Source: an uncultured Planctomycetaceae bacterium
GTDB lineage: Bacteria > Planctomycetota > Planctomycetia > Planctomycetales > Planctomycetaceae
Reading direction: 5' to 3'
NCBI GenBank assembly: GCA_963813715.1
Contig: CAWFAK010000007.1
Span: forward strand, 928,001-992,000
Length of the DNA stretch: 64,000 bases
This document shows, in pieces, positions 44,067 to 54,268 of the stretch. The translations under genes and the position numbers were made by a program. Under the pieces are notes generated by a model that worked only from the letters and a program-made list of their open reading frames with translations, ran no database searches and was not told the DNA's origin. Numbering within the stretch: the stretch's first letter is position 1; every line of letters starts with the position of its first letter.

Positions 44067-44726
44067 ATGAGTGGAATCCGGACGCACGAGATCGTCAATC
44101 TCATCAAGTCCTCCGATCACTGGGCGGAGATACTCAAGATCGCCAAAGATTTTCGCGGTCGATCGAATTCCGAGACGATGGCGTTGGCCAAACAAAAGGG
44201 GCTGTATCGGTCGAGAAGCGTGGATGCGCGAATCGTGTTGGAACCCTTGATCGTCCAGGACCCCAGCGGAGTCAGCGTGCTCGTGTCGTTTGAGGTCTGT
44301 CGTCAGCAGGTCAAAGCTTCCGTCGAGACGCCGAGAGGGAAGCTGGAAGAAGTCACGGCCGTGATCGGCGACGAGATCAAGGAGCACTTCGAAAGAGCCG
44401 AGGGAAGGCCGCAATTGTGCCCGTGGAGTCGCTCGGAATTGAGAGGCTTCGTGACGAAGATCCGACAACTCTATCGCGTCCGGGTTGTGGACGGACAGGA
44501 CCCGCGTGTAGAGAAAACCGAGAGGAAGGCCGGGCGAAGACTTTCGTTCGTCGTGCGCCGCTTCCGCCTTACGGGTCCAATGCAGCTCGTGTTGAGCGTT
44601 TACGCCTCGGACAGCGCTGTGCATGCGAAGCGAGTCTTTGACCCGAGCGTACCCGAAGTGCCGGACGGAGAAACTCTGCAAAGTTGGATCAACGCCTGGT
44701 TGGATCAGTCTGAGGGAAAATCGTGA
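44067..44726 (+). CDS. Hypothetical protein
   Basis: AGGAGG RBS, 219 aa ORF. Confidence 0.6.
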   Translation: MSGIRTHEIVNLIKSSDHWAEILKIAKDFRGRSNSETMALAKQKGLYRSRSVDARIVLEPLIVQDPSGVSVLVSFEVCRQQVKASVETPRGKLEEVTAVIGDEIKEHFERAEGRPQLCPWSRSELRGFVTKIRQLYRVRVVDGQDPRVEKTERKAGRRLSFVVRRFRLTGPMQLVLSVYASDSAVHAKRVFDPSVPEVPDGETLQSWINAWLDQSEGKS

Positions 44727-45124
44727 AACACGCTACCAGCGGATGCCTCGTGGTCTCAGCGGGGGTTTGTCGGCCCGGATGTAGCCGAGCACTCGCACGA
44801 TTTCTGGGATGGTCGCACGTCTCGTGCGTGTCGCCCGCCTGCGGCGGCTTTTAAGGGAATCGTTCGTCAGAGGGACCGCCCCGGGTTGGTGAATTCTTGG
44901 ACTGGAACGCTGCCCCCACGCTTGTCCGGAACGGACGAAGAGCGCGGCTACGATGCGCCGCGCGACCGCCGTCCAATCCCGTAATTGGGTCGTTTGATGC
45001 AACGTCCGAGAAACGGTTGAGATTATTGGACAACCGCGCGAGCGACCACAGAATTCTTCGGCAGCAATAGCTGAGAGCCCTGTCGATTCGGACACCGTGG
45101 CGCGATGTGCAATAGACAAATGTG

Positions 45125-45436
45125 CTAGTCGACGTGGACTGTCGTGGTTGACACGTTCGCGGACGGATCATTCGACACTTTCGCCGAGGACACTTGTGAA
45201 ACCGCAAAAAACCTCTCCAGCTCCGCTGTCAGCTCGGGATGTTGGCCGAACAATTCCTCTTTGCTTGGAACCTGGCGGTCAGCCGCTGCCTCCCAATAAC
45301 AGTTGAGGGCGTCGTCCACCGTCAGGCCGTCAATCCCGTGCCAGAAATTGGCCTTCGTCGACCGCAAGTGGTCAAGGAGGATTTCGCTCAGCGCCGGACT
45401 CCATATCATGGGGAACGGCTTGAGAGCGCCGCTCAT
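45125..45436 (-). CDS. Small hypothetical protein
   Basis: AGGAG RBS; VPSKEEL..QHPELTAELERFF motif. Confidence 0.55.
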   Translation of the reverse strand: MSGALKPFPMIWSPALSEILLDHLRSTKANFWHGIDGLTVDDALNCYWEAAADRQVPSKEELFGQHPELTAELERFFAVSQVSSAKVSNDPSANVSTTTVHVD

Positions 45437-45553
45437 GGTGCACTCCTTTGATCCATCGGCTCTGGTAGCTTGTTTAGAACGCGGCGCAAAAACTGCATCG
45501 GCGCTCCTGAACGCGTTCGCCGCCTGATGCAGTGCTGTTCTCGGACATACTTA

Positions 45554-46213
45554 CTAGAGGGCTGTCTTTGATTCTTTCTTCAGCTTCTCGATGAATCCCA
45601 AAACCTGCTTGCTGTCGTGCGCCGGCTGAACCTTCGTGTTCTTGTAGAGGATCTTCCCATCCTTGCCGATGATGAATGTCCAGCGAGCGAACGATGTCTT
45701 TCTCTCCAGCCGCAGCTGTTTGCCGTTCTCGTCCATCAGGATTTTCCGGTCCGGTCCGCGGGGAACGACCTTCCCTCCAGGTTGAGTTGGGACGCCGAAT
45801 TTAGCGGCGACTTGCCCGGCGTCGTCCGCGAGCAGTGTGTAGTTCAGTTTCCATGCCTTTTTGAACAACTGGTGATTCAGGACTGAGTCGCCGCTCACGC
45901 CAATCACGGCGACGTCTTGATCCGTCAGAGTGTTCATCGTGTCGCGGAAGCTCTCGGCTTGCTTTGTGCAGCCGGTCGTGAAATCGGCAGGGTAAAAGTA
46001 GATCACCATGTATTGCTTACCCACGTGGTCGCCAGACGCCCACGGTTTTCCCCGGTCATCGATGCTTTTGAAAATTGGAGCCGCAGCTCCAACCGACAGG
46101 TTGACTGGCGCACTCTTTGTATGAGCGTTTTCCTCGGCAGCTGAGAGCCCACAGGTTGTAAACCGAGCCAGGGCAAGCAGTGTCAGAACAGCAATCAGAT
46201 TCCGCATCGTCAT
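45554..46213 (-). CDS. Exported peroxiredoxin (BCP-like)
   Basis: Signal peptide, YFYPADFTTGCTKQAESFRD, RWTFIIGKDG. Confidence 0.9.
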   Translation of the reverse strand: MTMRNLIAVLTLLALARFTTCGLSAAEENAHTKSAPVNLSVGAAAPIFKSIDDRGKPWASGDHVGKQYMVIYFYPADFTTGCTKQAESFRDTMNTLTDQDVAVIGVSGDSVLNHQLFKKAWKLNYTLLADDAGQVAAKFGVPTQPGGKVVPRGPDRKILMDENGKQLRLERKTSFARWTFIIGKDGKILYKNTKVQPAHDSKQVLGFIEKLKKESKTAL

Positions 46214-46259
46214 CCTCCCTCGACAACTCTAAAGTGCAAGTAAATCGATCGGCCGTTGC

Positions 46260-49200
46260 TTACTTCGCCCCTTTCGTAGGGAGTCTGGCGGACGCTGCTT
46301 TCTCGACCCGGGAAGCGGCCGCCTTTTCCTTGCCAAGGCGAATTTCCACTTTCACAGGCTCCACCACGAGTCGCGCGGCGGTCGCCGGCGGGAACTCAGG
46401 CCAGTCCCAATCCAGTCCCCGATCAATCAGCTGCCGGCGAATGAGACGCAAGTCCCAGACGTGGATCCCTTTCCACAGGCTCACCACAACCAGCTTCGTG
46501 CCGTCCGGCGAGAAAACGGCTTGATCGACGGGATCCCGGTTGGGGTCTTCTAACAGGGCGACCTCTCTGCCTGTGGCCGGATCGCTTAAGCGAACTCCGT
46601 TCGCAGTCGGAGCAGCCGTGAGCTTGCTATCTGGTGAAAACACGGCGCACTCGCCAACCTGTGGCCCCGGTGCCCAGGTTTCCACGGCAAAGAGGCGGCC
46701 GCCGTCCAGACTGGGGGCGAGCCAGCGGCCGTCTGGGCTGAAGCAAGGAGCTTTGACTCCCCAATTCGCCAACCGCTTGACCAACCGTCCATCACGAGCA
46801 TCCCAAATCTTGGCCAACCCGCCCTCAAAGGTGGCGGTGACGACCCAACGACCGTCGGGACTGACTGCAATGAACGCCATGTCGGCGCCGGCGTCGAGCC
46901 GGATCGGTTCCTTCGAGCTTTCGGGATGCAGAATCCAACCGCCCGCAAATGGCTGCTCAGTCGAAACGGCCCGATCACAAGCTGCGATGACGCGGCCGTC
47001 GCGGCTTTCGCTGAGGCTGGTCCCGACAGACAGTCGCAGAGGTTCGGGTGGCCCGATTGACAGCTCGCCCGTGCTCTCCAATCCTTTGCCGATGGGCCAG
47101 CGGGACAGACCCGTAAGAGAAAGCGTCAACAGCGCTCCCGACGGTTCAAACAGAACCGATTTGACGCGGTCCATCGGGATAAAGGCCAGCGCGCTGCCGG
47201 TGACCAGGTCCCAAAGCCCGACGCCGTCCGCCATCCCGCAGGCGAGTAATCGGCCGTCCGGATGAACCGCCGCGCACCAGAAGTCGATTTCCCGTCCGAA
47301 CATCGCCTTGCTGGAGACGAGCGTGCGCAACGCCTCGGCACCGGCGACCTGCCAGGTTCCGACCCTGCCGTTCTGGACCCCTCCAGCCAAGCGCTGTCCA
47401 TCCCGGCTGAAGCGGCACGTGGCGACGATCGGTGGCGGCTGCATCAGCAGTTCGCCCGTGCCGACATCGATTAAGGCGACGACGTTGCCCCAACCGTAAA
47501 CCGCCATCCGGTTACCCATCTGGTCAAAGTTGATGGAATTGGCCGTGCAAGGGATTTCGAGCGTTCGATACACTCGCCACGAATTCCGATCGACCAGGCG
47601 GATTTGATGATTCTCGTAGCTGACGGCCAAAGTCCGACCGTTCGGATGCCAGGCCGTTACCAGCGGCCGGACGGTTTGCGGCAAGGAAGCAAGGACTTTC
47701 CCGGTCCGCACGTCACGAACTTGCAACCCCGGTGCGAAGTAGGAGGAGACCGCCACCAGAGGTTCTGTGGGATGCAGGGCGATCGTTATTCCCTTCGTGA
47801 GCGTATCGGGCGCGAGGCGGCTCGTTTGCCTGGCGGTGGGCAGGTCGAAGAAGCGAATCGTGCCGTCGCTGTACGCCAGAGCCACCTCTTGCGAATCTCG
47901 AAAGGCGACACAGCAGGTTTTCGACTCGGACATGAGTTGGCGGGGCGCCGATCCGTCCAACTGCCACACATCGATTCCCAAAGTGACATCGCTGTCTGCA
48001 TCCACCCGGGTCAGGGCGATGAACTTGCCATCGCGGCTCAGCAAGGGAACGGCCGGCGACCCCGAGCCCGGCAAATGGTAGATCTCAGCGTCGTTCGACA
48101 TGCGCCGGATGCTGCAACTCCCCGCTCGATCGGTGCGGGCCAGGATCGAATGAGCTTCGTCGAAGTCGATCCGAATCGCATCGGCCGGCCAGCTATTCCA
48201 AGGCCCCGTCAGGTACAGATCCGGCACGGCCAGTGCGGCAATCACGGCGTTGCGCAGCTCGTGGAAGTTTGCGGCTGGCAGATTCAGAGTCCGGGCCAGT
48301 TGCGTAGCCTGTCCCAATGTTTCGAGGCTCTGGAAACGCTGGCCGGAACGATGACTCAAGCGCAGCTGCCCGAGCTTGAGCGACCAGCGACTGCCAGAGC
48401 TGTTCCGAACGTGTTCGTTCGCTGTTTTGGGCCGCAGCCAGTGCGGCAACCTTGTCTGAGAGTGCGATCTTCGTCTCTTTCGCGGCTTGAACGGCTTCGG
48501 CCTTTGCATCAGTCGCGGTGAGCATCCCCCAGGTCGTGCCGACGATGCCGGCAACCATGGCCAGCAGCACGGCTACCGACGCGAACACGGGCCCTCGATG
48601 TCGCCGCACAAATTTCCGCACGCGGTACGTGCGCGACGGCGGACAAGCCTCCACCGGCTCGTCGGCCAAATAGCGCTGGACATCCATTGCCAGGCCATTG
48701 GCCGTCTCGTAGCGCTGGGTTCGGTCTTTCTCGAGCGTCTTCATGACGATCCAGTCCAGCTCGCCGCGGATGAGCTGGCCGAGATGGTTTGGATCGACAA
48801 GTCGGTGAGCGGCCACGGCGCTGCACGTCGGACCGAGCGTACTGATGCGAGTGCTCGGCTTGGGAGGTTCCTCCTCCCGAATGATCCGGCGAATTTCGTC
48901 GAACGCCGCGAGCCGCAGACGCTCCTTGTCGAAGGGCGTGCTGCCGGTGAGCAGCTCATACAGCAGCACGCCCAGAGAATAGATGTCGGCCCGCGTGTCG
49001 ATATCCAGGCTGCTCATCTCCGCCTGTTCCGGACTCATGTAGAGCGGCGTGCCGATCATCTCGGCAAAGCGCGTGAAGAGCGTCTCCGGCGTGAGTTGCT
49101 GATCGATCGCCTTGGCCACGCCAAAGTCGATCACCTTCGGTACTGGCCGGCCGTCGCTCAGCGTGACGAGCACGTTCGAGGGCTTGATATCGCGGTGAAT

Positions 49201-49788
49201 GATCCCCTTCTGATGGGCGTGCTGCACCGCGTGGCAAACTAGCACGAACAAGTCCAAGCGCTTGCGCACGGCAAGGTTGTTACGATCGCAGTACTCGGTG
49301 ATCGGCACGCCGCGAACCAGCTCCATCACAAAGTAGGGCCGCCCGGAATCCGTGGCACCGGCGTCGAGTGCCCGAGCGATGTTCGGGTGGTCCATCAATG
49401 ACAGCGCCTGCAGCTCGGCTTTGAACCGCGCGAGTACCCGGCTCGTATCCATGCCCGGCTTGATGACTTTGAGCGCCACGCGCCGGCGGACCGGCGCCTG
49501 CTGGTCGGCCATATAGACGATGCCGAAGCCACCTTCGCCGATCTGCTCCAACAACTTGTACGGACCGATCACGGTGCCGGGCAGTGCGACGGCGACGGGA
49601 TCGGAAACCGTCGAGGCAAAACCGGGCGCCGGCCCGTCTAACAGACCGTCAGGGTTGTCGTGCGCCAGAAGAAGGGCGTCCAGATGTTGGCGAAGGACGG
49701 GGTCGCCAGCGCAGGCCCGCTCAAGAAAAGCGTCGCGCTCGCCCACCGGACGTTGCAACGCCTCGTGAAAGATCGTTTCCTCGCGCAT
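46260..49788 (-). CDS. Ser/Thr protein kinase with C-terminal WD40 repeats (frameshift ~48370)
   Basis: IGEGGFGIVY, VALK, HRDIKPSN, DFG, YMSPEQ, TM helix, then repeated FSPDG/HPDG WD40 units. Confidence 0.93.
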
Positions 49789-49883
49789 GGCCCCGTTCTG
49801 ACTGTTGGAAGCCTCTTTTTAAGACAAGCGACAAACAAGGCGCGCCGGCACCAGCCGTCCCGGAAAACAAATTCGACGCCGTG

Positions 49884-50444
49884 CTAACTGAGTTGGCCAC
49901 GGACCTCGGCCTGCAGCCAAGCCCGTGAATACGCCCAGTAGCGGTCAGCCGTGCTTTTGGAGAGGCCCAAGACCTCGGCCGCCTGATCTCCAGTAAGTCC
50001 AGCGAAATACCGCAGCTCGACCAGTTGGGCCTTGAGCGGATCCTGGGCGGCCAACTTCTGCATGGCCTCACTCAAAGCCAGAAGCACGTCGTCGTCCGTC
50101 TCCACGTCGGCAAGATCGCTCAAAGGTTCCCGCCGGAGTTGTCCGCCGCGCTTGTCCGCCTTCTTGTGGCGAGCGTAATCGATCAAAATGCGGCGCATCG
50201 CAGTGGCCGCAGCCGTAAAGAAGTGCGCGCGATCCCGGTAGAGCCGAGGCGTTTCGGTCCCGACCAGCCGGAGATAAGCCTCGTGGACGAGGGCCGTCGC
50301 TTGCAGCGTCTGGCCAGGATTCTCTTGGGCCAACTTGTGCCCAGCCAGTCGCCGCAGCTCTTCATAGACCAGCGGTAACAGCCGTTCGGCGGCTCGCGAA
50401 TCGCCTTGCTCGATTGCGAACAGAATTTGCGTCACATCGCTCAT
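49884..50444 (-). CDS. ECF RNA polymerase sigma factor (kinase-associated, TIGR02999-like)
   Basis: LLPLVYEELRRLA, TLQATALVHEAYLRL, MRRILID, VELRYFAGL, WAYSRAWL; upstream of kinase. Confidence 0.93.
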   Translation of the reverse strand: MSDVTQILFAIEQGDSRAAERLLPLVYEELRRLAGHKLAQENPGQTLQATALVHEAYLRLVGTETPRLYRDRAHFFTAAATAMRRILIDYARHKKADKRGGQLRREPLSDLADVETDDDVLLALSEAMQKLAAQDPLKAQLVELRYFAGLTGDQAAEVLGLSKSTADRYWAYSRAWLQAEVRGQLS

Positions 50445-50623
50445 ACGGGTTCCGGTGGAACCCCCAAAGGGATCCGTGAGCATAGCCGCATCCGACTTCC
50501 CGAATCCACTCCAACGCGGCCCGCGCCCGCGGAAGTCTGATGAGATCTGTCCCGGGAAAACGTTGGCTTTCTGCCGCCGATTGGCAGAATGACCATGTCT
50601 CGCGGTGCAGTCACGGAAGTCGG

Positions 50624-51139
50624 TTACTTAGTCGGCTCCAAAGAGCCGAAATTTAAGGGGAGCGTGTCGACATAGTTTAACCCCGCCCCGATTTCGATGT
50701 ACGACAGTAACTCATAGCCGGACGTCAGGATTGACGAGCCGTTGTATCCCACCAGAGACTTTCCAGGCACGGTGATGCCGAGAATTGGAACGATGGGCCC
50801 TTCGGTAATCCCGATCCCAATAACTGGCCCGCGATAAGAGTAGTCGACCACATGCGAGACTTTGTCAAAGACGAACTGCACGACGGAACCGTCGGTGACA
50901 CTCAAATCCGCGGAAAGCACCTTGCCCGTGGCAGTATCAATCGTGACGGTCCCGGACAACTCCCAACCATTCTCGAACTCCCCAGACGCCGTGAACACCA
51001 CGGGTGCCGCCGCCGCCTGACCGACCAGGGCAAGCTGGACTCCGACCAGGATCAATGCCCGCAAGGCCCACTTCGAGAGATGCCCCACAACTCGGGTTGG
51101 AAGTAGGGCGAGTGAAAGTTCAGGGGTTGCTTGTCGCAT
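50624..51139 (-). CDS. Hypothetical secreted beta-rich protein
   Basis: Hydrophobic leader ending AAA, LSGTVTIDTATG. Confidence 0.6.
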   Translation of the reverse strand: MRQATPELSLALLPTRVVGHLSKWALRALILVGVQLALVGQAAAAPVVFTASGEFENGWELSGTVTIDTATGKVLSADLSVTDGSVVQFVFDKVSHVVDYSYRGPVIGIGITEGPIVPILGITVPGKSLVGYNGSSILTSGYELLSYIEIGAGLNYVDTLPLNFGSLEPTK

Positions 51140-51305
51140 TAGCCTTTCCCCTTACAGGCTGGGAACGCAAGGTATCGCAAATTGACGCCGAACTCAGATC
51201 GAGACCGCAGGTCGCTTCGGGCGTCCGCCGTGTGTGAACGCCAAGAAGAATCGTTCGTTCGTTCCAGGGAACTTCGGCCTCGATAATTCCTGTGTCTCCA
51301 AAGAA

Positions 51306-51520
51306 CAGAGCGGAATCGGCGACGAAATCACCCCACAATTCGCGACAAATTCCCGCGAGAAATCTCCAGTCGGCCTGGGCGTTTTCAGTCCGTTCCAGCT
51401 CGGTGCAGAGCCACGCTGGAGCGTAAGCCCAATGGCGATCAGCCGTTATCGAAGAGATGACGAGTGCTTCGAAAGCTTGCGGTGTCGACCGACCCGCGAA
51501 ATAGCGAAGTTTGGCCAGAT
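51306..51520 (-). pseudogene. ECF sigma region-4 remnant
   Basis: LAKLRYFAGRSTPQAFEALVISSITADRHWAYAPAWL; direct repeat of 42135-42325. Confidence 0.75.
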
Positions 51521-51651
51521 CGGGCCTTAACCTTGTCCTGCTTCTGACGATCAGCGTCTCGGATTCCACGAGTTTCTGGGACTCAAAGGGCGTGTCGCTG
51601 ACAGGATGGCTGTCCGAAGCCGGACAGGGCGCAACTAGATGATGCGCAATT

Positions 51652-51702
51652 CCCGCAATTGGGTCGATTTTCGGCGTTCGCAGAAAACGGTTGAGTTTCG
51701 CG
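51652..51702 (-). repeat. Dispersed intergenic repeat family C, short copy
   Basis: rc CGAAACTCAACCGTTTTCTGCGAACGCCGAAAATCGACCCAATTGCGGGA. Confidence 0.65.
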
Positions 51703-52038
51703 GAACTGTGGGGGTCGGCGTGTGCGTCCGCAATCACCTCGGCTTGATCCGAGCCTTTGAAGCCTCTCCAACTAGAGCAAACGGATGACCTCGCCGATTT
51801 CTCTGGAGCGTCCGTCAAAGCCGACCGCTGACCCTTTGCGACTTCAATCTTCCTCGAGGGGATTGATCTCCGGAAGAACCATCACTTTAAACGCACGATC
51901 GGCCTCCTGGGAAACTTGATGCAAGCACTGGCGAATCTCGGTGATTCGTCGGATATATCGAGATGCCAGGCGCCGACCACCGACCACAAGTCGGTCCGGA
52001 GCAGCATCGACCCGGCGGATTCTCATTGTGGGGACGTT

Positions 52039-54195
52039 TCAAAGCCGGGCAAACAAAGCGCCGAGTGACTCTTCGTAATGCTTCCAGCGAGCGACCGACC
52101 GGCGATAAATCGGCTGGCGGACCTGCGCGACGCTCGCGGTACGGACCGGCCTCGTACCCGTATGGAACTGCAAGCAGGCCGGTTCCCACTCCAGGCCACA
52201 CCACTGCACCAGCCTGTGCGCGGTCCTTTCGACATCCGCAACGGTTTCCTCGTAATCCACGTCCAGCAGTTGGACCGGCAGCACTTCGCGCCAGTGCTGC
52301 ATGAGCCGCTGGTACTTTTGGAAGCGACTGACAATGTGCTCGGGATCATTGGCCCAGCGGATCGCGCGGAAGTTGGTCATCCAGCAGGAGACGGCATTGT
52401 CTCGCAGATCACGGCGGCAATGGATGAATTTCGCCCTCGGAAAGAGCACCGTCAGCAGACTCAGGTAGAGGTAGTTGTCAGGCATCTTGTCCACGACGCG
52501 CAGCCGATCGCCGTTCAGTTCCTGCAGCCGGCCCAGATGGCGTTCCCCGAGGCGGCGGGCCGTCGCCTGATCGAGGCCCGCCAGGGCGTCCACGGCGGGG
52601 TTGTCCCGGGAAGCCAGTCCCTCGAACTCGTCGCGTGCCAGGCGCAGCTCGCCGGCGCCGAAAATTTGCGAATGGCTCGCCAGGATTTGCTCAGTCAGCG
52701 TCGTACCGGAGCGCGGCAGCCCGATGATGAAGATGGGCCGTTCGCTGTCCAGCCCGAAGCCCCTCACACGCTCAAAGAAGGCGGACGTGCTGATCGCCAT
52801 TATACGGTCCACAAAGCGGGCGTGCGCGACGGCATCATAGTCCTGGCCGCGTTTCCGCGCCACGGCGCCCGCCAGGACGTTCGCTTGCTGCAACAGTTCG
52901 GCGGCCTCGGTGTAAGCCCCGCGGGCATCGTAGACCTGGGCAAGGCCGAACTGGAGAGCACTGCGCCGCGCGTCCGACAGGTCGGGGTCAGACCGCAGTT
53001 GGCACAGGGCTGCCAGGTCCTCGTCGGGGAGCGTCTGGCGTAGCATCGTTGCCAGTTGAGCATGGGCCGCGGTATGGCGCGGGTCGTGCCGCAAGGCCGT
53101 GCGCCAGCAGCTTTCCGCCGCCACCAGATCGCCAAGCTCCTCGCGCACCTGGCCGAGAGCGGCGTGGGCCGCCGGCAGGTCGGGGTTGCAGTGCAGGGCC
53201 TGACGATAGTGGTCCTGTGCCTGTTCGAGGTCACCCTGCTCGTGCCTCACGCCACCGAGGCCACAGTGGGCCTCCGCGCAGTCCGGATCGAGGCGCAGAG
53301 CCAGGCGATACTGGACAGTGGCCTCGTCGTACTTCTCTCCTTCGGCAAGCAGACTGGCGAGGTTGCAGCGGAAACGTGCCGAGTCGGGATCGATCTGGAT
53401 GGCCCGCTCATACCAGGTCAGAGCCTGGTCCAAAGCGTTCTCCTCGTGAAGTGCCTGACCGATGTTGTTGTAGGTCATGGCCAGGTCCGGGTTGAGCCGC
53501 AGTGCCTCGCCGTAGCATTGGCGCGCCTCGGCCAAACGCCCCGCTTCTCGCAGCGCGTTGCCGAGATTGTTGTGCGCTTCCGCCAACTCGGGGCGCAGGC
53601 GGACAGCGACGCGGAGGGATTCAAGGGACTCATGCGGCCGGTGCCGCTCCAGCAGCAGTTGCCCAAGATTACTGTGCGCCTCGGCCAGGCCAGGCTCCAT
53701 GGCCACGGCACTCCGGAAATGCGTTTCAGCTTCTTGCAAGTCGCCACGCTGGCGCAGGGCGTTGCCGAGGTTGTTGCAAGCCATGGCGAAATCCGGCTTG
53801 AATCGCAGCGCCTCGGCGAACCGGGCAATCGCCTCGTCGGTCTTGCCCTGACCGAGAAGGGCCAGTCCCAGATTATTGGCGACTTCGGGGTAGTGAGGCC
53901 GCAGTCCCAAAGCAACCTGGCAACTGGCGACCGCCCGGTCGAGCTGGCCCAGCAGGCGGTAGGCCTCGGCCAGGTTGGCATGATAGATCGCGTTCTTCGG
54001 GTCGCCGGCGACGGCGCGGCCGATCAACAGGACTGCGCGAGCGTGGTCGCCCTTTTGGTGGGCAACGACACCCAACAAGTGCAGTGCCTCCACGTGGCGC
54101 GGCTGATCCGCCAGGATCGCCTGGTAGAGTCGCGCCGCCTCTTCGAGGCGCCCGTGCTGATGATGTTGCAAGGCAATCTGGAGTGTATCTGCCAT
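52039..54195 (-). CDS. TPR-repeat sulfotransferase
   Basis: Many TPRs (AEAHNNLG), PAPS motif IIGLPRSGTTLTEQIL, DKMPDNY, RTASVAQVRQPIY. Confidence 0.93.
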   Translation of the reverse strand: MADTLQIALQHHQHGRLEEAARLYQAILADQPRHVEALHLLGVVAHQKGDHARAVLLIGRAVAGDPKNAIYHANLAEAYRLLGQLDRAVASCQVALGLRPHYPEVANNLGLALLGQGKTDEAIARFAEALRFKPDFAMACNNLGNALRQRGDLQEAETHFRSAVAMEPGLAEAHSNLGQLLLERHRPHESLESLRVAVRLRPELAEAHNNLGNALREAGRLAEARQCYGEALRLNPDLAMTYNNIGQALHEENALDQALTWYERAIQIDPDSARFRCNLASLLAEGEKYDEATVQYRLALRLDPDCAEAHCGLGGVRHEQGDLEQAQDHYRQALHCNPDLPAAHAALGQVREELGDLVAAESCWRTALRHDPRHTAAHAQLATMLRQTLPDEDLAALCQLRSDPDLSDARRSALQFGLAQVYDARGAYTEAAELLQQANVLAGAVARKRGQDYDAVAHARFVDRIMAISTSAFFERVRGFGLDSERPIFIIGLPRSGTTLTEQILASHSQIFGAGELRLARDEFEGLASRDNPAVDALAGLDQATARRLGERHLGRLQELNGDRLRVVDKMPDNYLYLSLLTVLFPRAKFIHCRRDLRDNAVSCWMTNFRAIRWANDPEHIVSRFQKYQRLMQHWREVLPVQLLDVDYEETVADVERTAHRLVQWCGLEWEPACLQFHTGTRPVRTASVAQVRQPIYRRSVARWKHYEESLGALFARL

Positions 54196-54268
54196 TGTGG
54201 TAACTGCGCATTGATTTGCTACTTGTCGTCAACAATGGCGATCGGAATCGTCGCCGGCGGCATGACGA

